A stretch of DNA of 64,000 nt, taken from Promethearchaeota archaeon (GTDB lineage Archaea; Asgardarchaeota; Lokiarchaeia; Sigyniarchaeales; SOKP01). Under the pieces are notes generated by a model that saw only the letters and a list, made by a program, of their open reading frames with translations, was not told the origin of the DNA and made no database searches. How positions within the stretch are numbered: position 1 is the first letter of the stretch; every line of letters begins with the position of its first letter. Location: the NCBI GenBank assembly GCA_029838195.1, contig JALGVJ010000014.1:32796-96795 (forward strand). Direction: 5' to 3'. Shown piece by piece: positions 49,516 to 59,505 of this stretch. Position numbers and translations under genes: made by a program.

Positions 49516-51261
49516 TTAATCCTTTAGTAATTTTCTCTTAATTTTTGGAGGGATGTGTTCCCAAAGTGGTAATTTAACCATTAGTCGGTAAAATTGTTTC
49601 AGATTTAATCCACGTTTTTTAATGAAATAACTCCAGTTTTGGAAGGCCAATCGATTAAATAAATTCATCAAACTTATGCCAATAGGATTGTATTTAAATG
49701 CGAAAAACCTGGCGATAAAGGCACCCATTCTCTTTGATTGGGAGATGGATTCTGGGTACACCGATTCAGCAAGCGATCTATGAAAAATTTCATAAATGGA
49801 GATAATTGGAATTAAAGTGTTTAACCTTTTTTTTACTTCCTTCTCGTAATCTTCTGAATCAATTGAGAGAGAAGACAGTTCATTAATCTTTCTGGCTGCA
49901 AGGTTAAATTGACGCTCTCTAAAATATAACCACATTTTTGCCATGTGGTCCCTTAAATCTTGTAACTCCTTGATAATCGGACGAATTTCAAAAGAAATAT
50001 TATATTTTTTTTCAAAAAACGAGATGTATGCTAAGAAAATAGAATCTTTTACTTGTTTTTCTAAGAAAAAATCTGGTTCTTGATGCGCTGTTAGTAAAGC
50101 ATGAATTTTTTCATTTTTTTTAGGGTCATGAATGGTATGGGTATAAAGCGGTGAATCAAAAAGCAGGTCTTGTAAATCTTCTAGCAAACGAATGGAATGG
50201 TCAATTTGAATTATTGGAGCAAATTTTTTTGGACAAAATTCTTTTTTATATGGAATTTTTCTAATTCTGTTTAGAAATTTTATGAATCTAAATCTTAAAA
50301 TTTCAAAAAAAGAAAATTGATTTAATTCCTTATTTCGTTGGTGCTTGCAAGTAATTATTTGTTTTTTAATTAGTTTTGATACATTTAATAATTTATGAAC
50401 ATATGAGTAAAAATCCACATCATGCGTGTTGATAATTTCTTCATTGGAAATTAATTTCATTGACATTATATTTTGAGTATTTAGTAGATGAAGGCTCATG
50501 GCATGATCTCCGATCGTATAAGAAAACATGGCATTCTTCAAGGCCTCTCTAATTGAAGGAAATTTCCCTAATTTTTTTGGGCTACTAGCATAATAGCCAT
50601 GGAGGAGGGTATCAAATATTTTAAAATTTTTATCTTGATATTCCGAGAGAATAACGGCTTCGAATTCGCCTGGATGATGACGAATGATATTAAATTTGTT
50701 CCCGACAAGGCTTATTGCTTGATTTGCTTTATGACATACCGTATATACCCATTTAAAGAGGGGGTCCAATATCTCATGAACCTTAGATTCATGATGATAA
50801 AATTGAGGTGAAAATATGATAGGGAATCCAAATCCCCTTGAAGTAGAAAAAATGAATTGAAAGAGATGTCTATATTTTTCTCCCTTTAAAATTCCGGGAA
50901 ATTTAAAATGAAGAACGTATTGAGGGTAAAGTGCGTCAAATCCTAAATTCATCCAAGCTTCGAAAAGTAAAATACTATCGGGAAATCGAAAGGAATCTTT
51001 CTTGCTTGTAAATTCCTCTGTTAAAGCATCTAAAGCTAATGGAATGATGAATAACCAATCACTTTCTTCGAGGGATTTCATTCCTTCTCGAAATTTCTGC
51101 AATATTTTGGGTTTAAGTTCCTTTTGGAGGGCTCTTTTTTTCTTATAATAATCGTTCATTACTCTTAAAAGAGAGATGATTTCTAAAATTTTCCGTTGAG
51201 GATCATCCAAGACTTTTATATGCAAGGGGTTCTCTTCGGACATTTTTAGCATCCCGCCCAC
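49516..51261 (-). CDS. Hypothetical protein
   Basis: 581-aa ORF (likely start at MSEE); no motif recognised. Confidence 0.7.
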   Translation of the reverse strand: MGGMLKMSEENPLHIKVLDDPQRKILEIISLLRVMNDYYKKKRALQKELKPKILQKFREGMKSLEESDWLFIIPLALDALTEEFTSKKDSFRFPDSILLFEAWMNLGFDALYPQYVLHFKFPGILKGEKYRHLFQFIFSTSRGFGFPIIFSPQFYHHESKVHEILDPLFKWVYTVCHKANQAISLVGNKFNIIRHHPGEFEAVILSEYQDKNFKIFDTLLHGYYASSPKKLGKFPSIREALKNAMFSYTIGDHAMSLHLLNTQNIMSMKLISNEEIINTHDVDFYSYVHKLLNVSKLIKKQIITCKHQRNKELNQFSFFEILRFRFIKFLNRIRKIPYKKEFCPKKFAPIIQIDHSIRLLEDLQDLLFDSPLYTHTIHDPKKNEKIHALLTAHQEPDFFLEKQVKDSIFLAYISFFEKKYNISFEIRPIIKELQDLRDHMAKMWLYFRERQFNLAARKINELSSLSIDSEDYEKEVKKRLNTLIPIISIYEIFHRSLAESVYPESISQSKRMGAFIARFFAFKYNPIGISLMNLFNRLAFQNWSYFIKKRGLNLKQFYRLMVKLPLWEHIPPKIKRKLLKD

Positions 51262-51529
51262 GTGTGATAATGATTTCTCAAGTTTTATCCATGATTATAA
51301 TTATTACTCGATGGACCTTATGTAATATAAATTAAAAAAACTATTAATATGAATTGGAATTTAATAAAAAGTTATTTGAAAAGAGAATTTTTCTTAGCTC
51401 GATTTTTACCAGCTTTTTATCTTCCAATATTATACATTTTATTAGTAGAGGAAGGTAATAAAAAGGAGAGATCTCTAAATTAAATAGTACTCGAGTGTAC
51501 TTAGTGCTATTAATTTTAAGGGAAGGATC

Positions 51530-51982
51530 TCATTTTTGCTGTCTTTTAGCAAATAATTCTTTAAGTTCACCCATGATTGCTCCTCTTAGACTCACCGGAT
51601 TGGTAGGGGTGGTTCTAGCAGGAGCAGGAGTGGGTCCTCTTGGAGGGGGTGGAGCTCTCATAGCGCCTCCGCCAGGAGGTCCGCCAGGAGGTCCGCCAGG
51701 AGGTCCGCCAGGGGCTCTACCCGGAGAGACACCAACTTTAGGAGCAACAACACCCGTACCCGTTGATTTTAAGGTGGAGATCTCAGAATTTAAGGAATTT
51801 ATACGCATTTCCAAATTGGAAATTCGTTTATCCACTTGAGCTAAGGATTGATCTACTAAATCCGGGATCCGTAATACAATACTCATTATTTTTTCCACGA
51901 TTTCTCCAAATGAATTTATTTTTTCCTCTATTGGGCTCTTTTTTGCTTCAGCCAAGAATCTATTGAATTCCTCAGCGCACAT
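51530..51982 (-). CDS. Coiled-coil + polyproline + WH2-like C-terminal helix protein
   Basis: Heptads LAQVDKRISNLEMRINSLNSEISTL; (GGPP)n and APPPPRGP; SLRGAIMGELKELF; GGTGA RBS upstream. Confidence 0.75.
   Translation of the reverse strand: MCAEEFNRFLAEAKKSPIEEKINSFGEIVEKIMSIVLRIPDLVDQSLAQVDKRISNLEMRINSLNSEISTLKSTGTGVVAPKVGVSPGRAPGGPPGGPPGGPPGGGAMRAPPPPRGPTPAPARTTPTNPVSLRGAIMGELKELFAKRQQK
51669..51712. repeat. 12-bp coding tandem repeat CCGCCAGGAGGT x3.7 (encodes PPGG)
   Basis: Units start at 51669, 51681, 51693 and 51705. Confidence 0.9.
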
Positions 51983-52283
51983 GATTTAATATTCACCTTT
52001 TTATTAATTATCGTCGGTACTTTTTTTAATTATAATATAGTTTTCTATTTTAATAAATTTATTTTGATGGATAAATTTAATTATTTTCAATTTTTAATGG
52101 CACATTTCCTTTTTTTTCCTCATTTTTACATTTTACAAGTTTAAGGTTCAAGTATTTCACGCAAAATTAAAGAACTTCGCAAGAAATCCTTTAATATATT
52201 ATTTCATTAATTTAAAAATTCCTTGAATATACCATAAATATAAAAAAAGGCAAAAAAAAAGTTATAATAATATTGAGAGAGTA

Positions 52284-52970
52284 TTACCCCATTTCTTTAA
52301 TGGAATTCTTTAATTTTAACCATAGCTCATTGATTTCAGTTTTAACCTCATTTAACTGATTGATTTTTTTCAATAAAATATCGCGTGCTCTGTCAAATTC
52401 TCTTTGAGCATCATTTAATTCCACATCTAATTGATTTAATTTGTCACCTTCAACCATTTTATTCTTAGCATTTTCTACGCTCAAGCCTTTCTTTATAACG
52501 GCAGCCCTCTTATTAGCTTCCTCTTCAAGGGCCTCAGCAAATTCATTCTCTAAATTAATTAAATAATCTTGTTTTACAGCCAAATCTTTTATGGCGTTTA
52601 TGTACTTATCATTTGCTTCTACATAAACATCATTTTCATTCACCATATCCTCAAAAATTTTTACATCTTCATCTTTAACATTGGAAGCATGTTCTCTACT
52701 TAATGTTTGCATTTGTTTTAACAAGTCTCTCATGGTTCGATTGAGTGATTGCCTCGAAATATTCATCGTGGAAAGATTCTCTGCCAATTTTTTTTGAACT
52801 TTAACCACATTTTTTTGATTTTTAGCTAATTTTTTGAGTTTAGATGCGAGTTCTTTTTCCAATTTTGATAAAATGAGTTCATCCTCGTGCGTTATTATAG
52901 GCATTTTTACACCGTTTTGCTTTACGTGTTTTGATATAATACTTAAATTTCGGTATTTATTATGATTCAA
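52284..52970 (-). CDS. All-helical coiled-coil protein, possibly BAR-like
   Basis: About 206 aa from MPII, three long amphipathic helices. Confidence 0.6.
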   Translation of the reverse strand: MNHNKYRNLSIISKHVKQNGVKMPIITHEDELILSKLEKELASKLKKLAKNQKNVVKVQKKLAENLSTMNISRQSLNRTMRDLLKQMQTLSREHASNVKDEDVKIFEDMVNENDVYVEANDKYINAIKDLAVKQDYLINLENEFAEALEEEANKRAAVIKKGLSVENAKNKMVEGDKLNQLDVELNDAQREFDRARDILLKKINQLNEVKTEINELWLKLKNSIKEMG

Positions 52971-53020
52971 GGAAATATAACTATTTTAATTTAATTATCT
53001 TGATTTAAGGTAGCTAAAAA

Positions 53021-54064
53021 TCATGGAGGAAAACAAGCGGTCAATATATTAGTTTTATAATTTGCTTTGATTATTCTAGCGGTAATTTCTTTTCCAATCA
53101 GATCATCTGAATAAGATAAGGGAGAGTTGAGTAGGATCTTAATTCCAAATAAAGGATTATTTTTCAAGTATCCCAAGCATTCATTTTTCCATCGTCCTTT
53201 AGAGATCACGATTAAATCAAGATATTGGTTTTTTTTAAATTTCGGTATGAGAGAATCCTTACAGGGATGGATTCCAAAATCCTTTGGACCTAATTTTAAT
53301 TTTATTTCATGTTTCTTTTCTAATCGCTCTAATTGAGAATAAAAATATCCCCAACTTTTAGGGCGAATTTTTTTTAGTTTTCGTCCTGTAGAATATATCA
53401 AATATTTTTGAATTCCAATTTGAATTTTTTTGTTCGAATATCCTTCTTGGCGTAAGGATTTAACGTACTTGATGATATCTTCAATATCCTTATCATTAAT
53501 ACCAGGAAACCACACAGGAGCAAATAATATATCAATATCCGTGGTTAAAAGGTAATTTACTTGCTCAAGAAGCTTATCAAGCTCATAAGTTTCTTGATTG
53601 CATAAATATCGGGCTAAATTTTGATTTAATGTATTTAGGCTGATATTGATGCGAGTGACTCGCAGCTCATTTAAGCGGTCGATCACGGGTTTCTTTAAAA
53701 GAATTCCATTACTTTGGAGGGTAATGGGATGTATTTGTTTTATCGTCCGGAGATTTTCAATTAATTTGAATAATTCAGGATAAAGTAAAATTTCACCATA
53801 GGGCGAAAAGTGGATTTCAATATTCTTACAAGATGGTTTTTTATCCAAAACCAGTTTTAAATTTTGTAAAATATAGCCTTGGGCAACAATAAAATCCGTA
53901 GTGTAATTGCCGCTATTGACAAAGCAATAACGACATTTAAGATTACAAGTGGTATTAGGTTTTATTTCGATGACATTGGTCCCTCTATCAATAATTCCTA
54001 AAAAATCTATTCCAAAAAGGGGAATTTTAGATTTCTCATCAACTTGAATGAGTCCTGCATTCAT
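53021..54064 (-). CDS. Radical SAM protein (COG2100-like)
   Basis: GIIDRGTNVIEIKP, CNLKCRYC, GE.LLYP, QSNG. Confidence 0.88.
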   Translation of the reverse strand: MNAGLIQVDEKSKIPLFGIDFLGIIDRGTNVIEIKPNTTCNLKCRYCFVNSGNYTTDFIVAQGYILQNLKLVLDKKPSCKNIEIHFSPYGEILLYPELFKLIENLRTIKQIHPITLQSNGILLKKPVIDRLNELRVTRINISLNTLNQNLARYLCNQETYELDKLLEQVNYLLTTDIDILFAPVWFPGINDKDIEDIIKYVKSLRQEGYSNKKIQIGIQKYLIYSTGRKLKKIRPKSWGYFYSQLERLEKKHEIKLKLGPKDFGIHPCKDSLIPKFKKNQYLDLIVISKGRWKNECLGYLKNNPLFGIKILLNSPLSYSDDLIGKEITARIIKANYKTNILTACFPP

Positions 54065-54073
54065 GCGAACAAA

Positions 54074-55147
54074 TCACGGTTTATATCTTAAAATTCCTAC
54101 TAATGAACCAAGATCTTTGAGGCGTTGGCCGGGCGCATTATTGCTACTCATGATGTTAATTTTACCGCCATGTTTCTTAACATTCGTGAGAATGACCTCA
54201 ATAATTTTTTTATTTTTTTTTGAAATACCCCGTAATAATTCATCCACTAATAAAACTTCCTCAATCGCGCCTTTTTCAGACGCTGAAAGTACTTCATTAG
54301 TCCCAATGGCGATTAAATCGGGATCTTTATTGAACAAAGCGAGAATCTTTTCAATTTTTTCTGAGTCTTGAAATATTTTAACTTTTTTTTTCAATCGTTT
54401 TAATTTAGGAGATTTTAACACTTCTAAAATCCCGCTTTTCGTTCCAGAGGTGGCATTTAAATTTTCCAAGGGTGCCAGATGGGAAAAATTTCCATGTTCT
54501 TTAAGGTATTGTTCCAAGTGGATTCTAACACTTCCGGGACCACATATAACTAACAAATTAATTGTAGTATTTTTTAAATTTTCCTCCAGAATTTTTTTAA
54601 TAGCTTCGAAAAATTCTTTATAGCTCTTATTCCTGTCGGATTGATGATATCTCTTGCCAGGAATGTTTTTTTTTACAGTTGCAACATGGTTATAACTAAA
54701 ATTAGTAATGAGGGCTATGGTGGCAAGCCCTGTCTCAATTGCGATAATCAAAATGATAAAATTTTCTTCGAATTGATACGAATTTTTAATCAAATCTAAT
54801 TCATGGCTTAACCATCGTGTCTTTTTAATTTCCACTATATTATTAATTTCAATATTAAAGGTATGGTAAGAACCATGGCTAACATAATCGTCCGGGCCCT
54901 CAAAAATTTTCCCCTTGATCCTCAACCGATTCGAGAACTCATGAAATGCAAGCTCTTCTACATCTAAGGTTAAGCGCATCGTCTTTCTTTCTCCCGAAGT
55001 TCCTTCTTTAAGAATCACCCTGCGCCGTGTTACGGTAGTGACGTGATCATTTTTCGAAATCACGTTATAGAGCGTCCATAAATCATTTAATGATTCAACT
55101 TTAAGGGTCAAACGTCCTTCTTTTAAATCTTTTTCTAATATTTTCAA
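54074..55147 (-). CDS. pelA: Ribosome rescue factor Pelota/Dom34
   Basis: LNDLWTL, FHEFSNRLRIKG, GSYHT, GAIE..L, G..L..LG...GILRY. Confidence 0.93.
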   Translation of the reverse strand: MKILEKDLKEGRLTLKVESLNDLWTLYNVISKNDHVTTVTRRRVILKEGTSGERKTMRLTLDVEELAFHEFSNRLRIKGKIFEGPDDYVSHGSYHTFNIEINNIVEIKKTRWLSHELDLIKNSYQFEENFIILIIAIETGLATIALITNFSYNHVATVKKNIPGKRYHQSDRNKSYKEFFEAIKKILEENLKNTTINLLVICGPGSVRIHLEQYLKEHGNFSHLAPLENLNATSGTKSGILEVLKSPKLKRLKKKVKIFQDSEKIEKILALFNKDPDLIAIGTNEVLSASEKGAIEEVLLVDELLRGISKKNKKIIEVILTNVKKHGGKINIMSSNNAPGQRLKDLGSLVGILRYKP

Positions 55148-55336
55148 GGGTTTGAATCAATCTCGCAAGTTTTCAAATAAAAACATGGATGAACTATAGT
55201 TGTTAGAAATGAGAATGCATCTTTATAAAATAAAAACACTTCTTGCTTAAAAAATTCAATCCCAGAGTTTATACTTATTGAAATTAAAAAATAAAAAAAG
55301 AATGATAAAAAATTGATTTAGGATTGTGGGGAATTT

Positions 55337-55495
55337 TTATTCTATTTTATCTTTTAGAGCTTCTTTTAATTTTTGTACCTCTTCTAATCGTTTCTTTTTC
55401 TCTTCTTCCATCCTTTTTAATTCTTCTTCATCTGGTTTTTGTAATGACACTCCTTTTTTAATTTCTTCCTCAAGCTCTTTATCAATGGGAGACAT
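55337..55495 (-). CDS. 52-aa microprotein with WH2-like motif (not in ORF track)
   Basis: MSPIDKELEEEIKKGVSLQKPDEEELKRMEEEKKKRLEEVQKLKEALKDKIE*; AGGTG RBS upstream. Confidence 0.65.
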   Translation of the reverse strand: MSPIDKELEEEIKKGVSLQKPDEEELKRMEEEKKKRLEEVQKLKEALKDKIE

Positions 55496-55833
55496 TTTTT
55501 AAAAACACCTTCATATCCATGTATAATTTCTCATGAATAATTTTTAATTTATTTCGTATATCTTAAGTAACTAAATTCGCATTTTTAAATTTTGATAATT
55601 CCATAGAATTTGTCATTTTTTTCCACCATTAAGGATTTGTTAATACTTGGGAAAGTAAGAAAAGTCGAATAAAAATCGATTTTCCATGATAGGGACTCCT
55701 CAATTGAATGATTTAAATGAGGTTTTCATTCAAAAATGCGAAGCTAAACATGGAAAGACTTATAAAAAAATGGTTTCCTTAGACCTACTCGTAAATCATT
55801 TGAGATGCCCTTAGAAGATACAGAGTTTAATTC

Positions 55834-56289
55834 TTATAAATTTAATTCCATTAAATAAGCGGGTTCTTTATTACTATAATAATTCTTTAAAATTTTTACA
55901 ATTTTGAAATTCCTTTTTCGATATAAATGGATGGCTATAGCATTTTTAGTTTTTACATTTAATCGAATTTTTTTGATATTTTTCATCATTTTTATTCTAT
56001 TTATCGTGTAATCTAATAACAAGGTCCCATATTTCTTGTTCTGGGCGCTTGGCTTAATTGCGAGATTAATAATATTGACACGATCATGACCTTCTTGCAG
56101 TACGGTAACATATCCAATCAATTCTCTCATTTCATCTTTAATTTCGAAAATAGTGAAAAATAGTAGATGATTCCTTAGCACACTTCTCATGAAATACTCC
56201 GGAAATGCCTCTTTCTTAAAAATTTGTTGCTCGATTTTCATTATTTCAAGTAAATCCTCATGAGTTGCTTTTCTGATTTCAACTCTCAT
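55834..56289 (-). CDS. GNAT N-acetyltransferase (RimI/Ard1-like)
   Basis: INLAI.P..Q.K.YG..LL, LNV...N..AI.LY...F, YYS..E.AY.M. Confidence 0.88.
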   Translation of the reverse strand: MRVEIRKATHEDLLEIMKIEQQIFKKEAFPEYFMRSVLRNHLLFFTIFEIKDEMRELIGYVTVLQEGHDRVNIINLAIKPSAQNKKYGTLLLDYTINRIKMMKNIKKIRLNVKTKNAIAIHLYRKRNFKIVKILKNYYSNKEPAYLMELNL

Positions 56290-57430
56290 GATCTTTAAGT
56301 TCTTCCAGAAACACCTTCAGAGGTGTTTTTTCAGTAATATATTCTTCTTTTTTGATTTCAAAAGGTAAAGTTTCAAAAACATGACATGGAAATTCATTAG
56401 ATTCTATAAAAGCAAGTAATTTTTTATTAAAGATTTTTTTTAAGGGAAATTGTATTCCATCAGAAGCAATCTTAATCTCGTGCTTAGGAATTTTTATTTT
56501 TTTAGATAAAAAGGCTGAAATTTTTTCTACATCATTTTTTGAGCACTCTATTTGTGCATACATTAATAATCCTTCATCCGTGATGATTTCATGGGGTTGC
56601 TTTACTCCTCTTGCTCGTCTTTTATACCGCTCTTTTAATTGCCAATAGTCCTTGCTTGCTATAGTACAGAAATGCATTTTTAATGAGACACGTGGAGCCA
56701 CTTTATTCATTAGCTCAAGGGCGCTTTTTCGGCTATTTTTGACGGATGCGATGGCTCCTTCTTCTAATACGAAGCCCCGCTTTTTTAATTCATTACTATT
56801 TGGAAAACAATATTCAAATTCATTTAGATTAATGAATTGAGCCCCTTCTTCATCGAGATAATAAATAAAATCTTCTAATGTTTTGAGATATTTTTTTTCG
56901 GGGACAACGGGCATTTCTGCACCTACATCCAAATTTTCATGAATAGCTATTTTAATATTTTTCCAAGCAGAAGGAGGGGGATGAAATCGAATTTCATCTA
57001 AGCCAGCCTTTACGAGATCGTTTGCGATAGCCTTGGTAAAATTAAGACCATTAGTGTAGAGATGAACATGGAATTCCCTTCCCTTTGCGTCTTTTACAAA
57101 TTTTAAAAAATCTAAACATTTCCTTAAATTAGAAGGAGTAAGAGGTTCACCCCCAGTGATGCTCATGCCTCTTGCTCTCATGACAGTTAGTTCATGGAGA
57201 ATCTCCTCCTTATTTTGAATTTTTAATTCATTAATATATGTATCTTTTTTATCGCGCCTCTTCATAGAGATAGGACAATACCAATAGCAATGAGTTGGTT
57301 TTTGACATGTTCCATTTAAAAATAGCACTGCCTTGCTCCCTTTAAGACAATATTTACATCCCTTTGGAATTCCTCTTTTCTTGATGTAAAAAGTATTTTC
57401 TTTAGATTGAACGATTTTAACTTCTCTCAT
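56279..57430 (-). CDS. Radical SAM protein (COG2108-like)
   Basis: PKGCKYCLKG.K.VLF, C..CYWYCP, ITGGEP, HLYT, LDEIRFHP, NLNE.E. Confidence 0.88.
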   Translation of the reverse strand: MREVKIVQSKENTFYIKKRGIPKGCKYCLKGSKAVLFLNGTCQKPTHCYWYCPISMKRRDKKDTYINELKIQNKEEILHELTVMRARGMSITGGEPLTPSNLRKCLDFLKFVKDAKGREFHVHLYTNGLNFTKAIANDLVKAGLDEIRFHPPPSAWKNIKIAIHENLDVGAEMPVVPEKKYLKTLEDFIYYLDEEGAQFINLNEFEYCFPNSNELKKRGFVLEEGAIASVKNSRKSALELMNKVAPRVSLKMHFCTIASKDYWQLKERYKRRARGVKQPHEIITDEGLLMYAQIECSKNDVEKISAFLSKKIKIPKHEIKIASDGIQFPLKKIFNKKLLAFIESNEFPCHVFETLPFEIKKEEYITEKTPLKVFLEELKDHES

Positions 57431-58134
57431 TTTTGTAACAACTTACTCCGAATAATTGAATTTTTTTTAGCGAGCTTTTTAAGCACGTCTTCAACGGAAT
57501 CTTCCATGCTTAATGTTTTTTTCAAGAAAACACCCGTTTTTCCGTGTTTTTCTCTTCTTGTTAAAACGGTAATTCTTTCATTTATCGTATTTAAATGAAT
57601 GCCTAATTCTTTTGCGACCATGGGTTCATTATCAATAATGGAGAGTTCTTCATGCCCTACTGGTGTGGGTTTAATTAACACTAATCTCTTGTCCACACCC
57701 GGTACCCTCTCATCCTTTTCCAATAGATGTAAATTTATTTTTCCTCCAAAATCATAAAATTCTGAGGATGTTCGAGTAAACCGAGTCAATGGAAGGGAAA
57801 TGCATTCCAATTCACTTAAATAAATATATAATTTTAGAGGATCGCGGGGTGTTGCCATAATTATTTCTCTAAAAGTACGTCTGTACCCATTCTTGTACAA
57901 AATGAATTCGATTAAATAGGGGGGAATATTTTCAATGAAAATGATATCTATATCACTACTCGGCCTCACATCCCCACGAGCCACGCTTCCATACACGTAA
58001 GGCGACAGACCTTCCTCTTGAAATATTTTAAGTAGTTTTATCGCGTGAGTTCTTTTCTGATTTAATAGGGTCCAGTGCTGTTTTGAATATACTACCGTTT
58101 CTTTATGGGCTCTTAATATTCCTCGTTTTGCCAT
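57427..58134 (-). CDS. Nucleotidyltransferase (COG2413-like)
   Basis: YGSVARGDV..SDIDI, FYDFGG, RVPGVDKRL, GKTGVF. Confidence 0.88.
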   Translation of the reverse strand: MAKRGILRAHKETVVYSKQHWTLLNQKRTHAIKLLKIFQEEGLSPYVYGSVARGDVRPSSDIDIIFIENIPPYLIEFILYKNGYRRTFREIIMATPRDPLKLYIYLSELECISLPLTRFTRTSSEFYDFGGKINLHLLEKDERVPGVDKRLVLIKPTPVGHEELSIIDNEPMVAKELGIHLNTINERITVLTRREKHGKTGVFLKKTLSMEDSVEDVLKKLAKKNSIIRSKLLQK

Positions 58135-58169
58135 GAATGTATTTATAAATTTTTATTTTTTTATGGATT

Positions 58170-58898
58170 TTAAGCATGTATTTGAATGATATCGAGTATT
58201 TTACTCAAAATAATCGTTTCCATTCCTAAAAAACGGCTTTTTGTTTTAAAAAATTCAACATTTCTTAATAAAAGTTCAGATTGATTTTTCAAGAAGGCAC
58301 GTGCGTGCTTGTTTTTAAATTGAAAAAATGATTTTTCACTAAAAATAAAATAAAGTTTATCCTTGAACGAAGGATCGAGAGGTTTTAATGTATTTAAGGG
58401 GTTATTTTTAAATTTTGGATTAAACAATACAATGCTTTTTATCTTTTCATGATTCAGGAGGGATAACGAATTAAAATTTTTCAAGTTTGAAAAAATTAGG
58501 AAAATCGAACGATAACTATTCATCGAGTAATTCTCAAGAGAGAGAGGGTGTAGGTGGAATCGATTGGTATTTTTAGAGATTAGGGAAATTAAATTCTTAA
58601 ATTTCCAAGGTTTAAAATGGAGATTATTTATCTTAGGATTCATGAGGATCACTTTATATCCTATTATTTTTAAAGCAAATGCGAAGTTTTTGAATAGCTT
58701 TTTTTGCCCCCTTTTAAGAAGTACTAATATAACAAGAAGGTTTGACGGTTTTTCATTAGAAAAGTCCATGGATTGATTTAACATTAGAGGATGGCTCCTC
58801 CATCGATACCATCGCTTATAAATTTGAATTGAAATTAAGATAAGGATCAAAAAAAAGATGATAATGCCGTCAATAATGAATAAATTTATTTTTAACAT
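58170..58898 (-). CDS. Hypothetical membrane-anchored protein, possibly a degenerate alpha/beta hydrolase
   Basis: N-terminal TM; GYKVILMN and KIKSIVLFNP strands; no GxSxG. Confidence 0.45.
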   Translation of the reverse strand: MLKINLFIIDGIIIFFLILILISIQIYKRWYRWRSHPLMLNQSMDFSNEKPSNLLVILVLLKRGQKKLFKNFAFALKIIGYKVILMNPKINNLHFKPWKFKNLISLISKNTNRFHLHPLSLENYSMNSYRSIFLIFSNLKNFNSLSLLNHEKIKSIVLFNPKFKNNPLNTLKPLDPSFKDKLYFIFSEKSFFQFKNKHARAFLKNQSELLLRNVEFFKTKSRFLGMETIILSKILDIIQIHA

Positions 58899-58908
58899 TA
58901 TTAGATTA

Positions 58909-59253
58909 TTATTCTACAACCTCGTCTATCCATTGTAAATAATTTTGATTACCTTTCATGATTTGGAACCCAATGCATTCGGGCACTTCATACTCATGAA
59001 GTTCAAATAGTCGTTTAATCAATTTTTCACTATTAGATTCATTTGTTTTCGCAATTAATAAAGCCTCATTATCTTCTTCAATCTTACCTTTCCAGCGATA
59101 AATTGAAACAATTTGAGGAATGATATTCACGCAGGCGGCAATTTTTTCATTCACTAACGTTCTCGCTATTTTTTTAGCTTGCTCCATGGATGGTGCTGTA
59201 ATGAGAAATAAATAATAATTCATCATCTTTTTCCTTTTCATATTATTTTTCAT
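58909..59253 (-). CDS. cutA: Divalent-cation tolerance protein CutA
   Basis: IAACVN, SIYRWKG.IE...E, H.YEVPE, YLQW. Confidence 0.93.
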   Translation of the reverse strand: MKNNMKRKKMMNYYLFLITAPSMEQAKKIARTLVNEKIAACVNIIPQIVSIYRWKGKIEEDNEALLIAKTNESNSEKLIKRLFELHEYEVPECIGFQIMKGNQNYLQWIDEVVE

Positions 59254-59505
59254 TTATTTATCATTACTGCTAATTTTTTTTCTCTTTAATTTTTCACTGA
59301 TTATAGTACTTCTCCATGTGATAATGTTTAAAATTGGAACTTAAAATACTTAATCTTGAAAGTTATAATATAATCGTCAGTAAAAAAATTCTTTAAACTA
59401 AAATTTAATAACCTTGATTTAGTTTATTATTTTAAATAATCTAGAATTAATAGATAATAATGAATTTCAAGGGTATAAGATTAATTAATTTCGGTAAATA
59501 CAAGG

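Noticed and set aside
51495-51839. Plus-strand Gly/Pro-rich ORF
   Set aside because: Antisense shadow of 51530..51982 (the repeat reads similarly on both strands); the minus-strand ORF has the RBS and coiled coil
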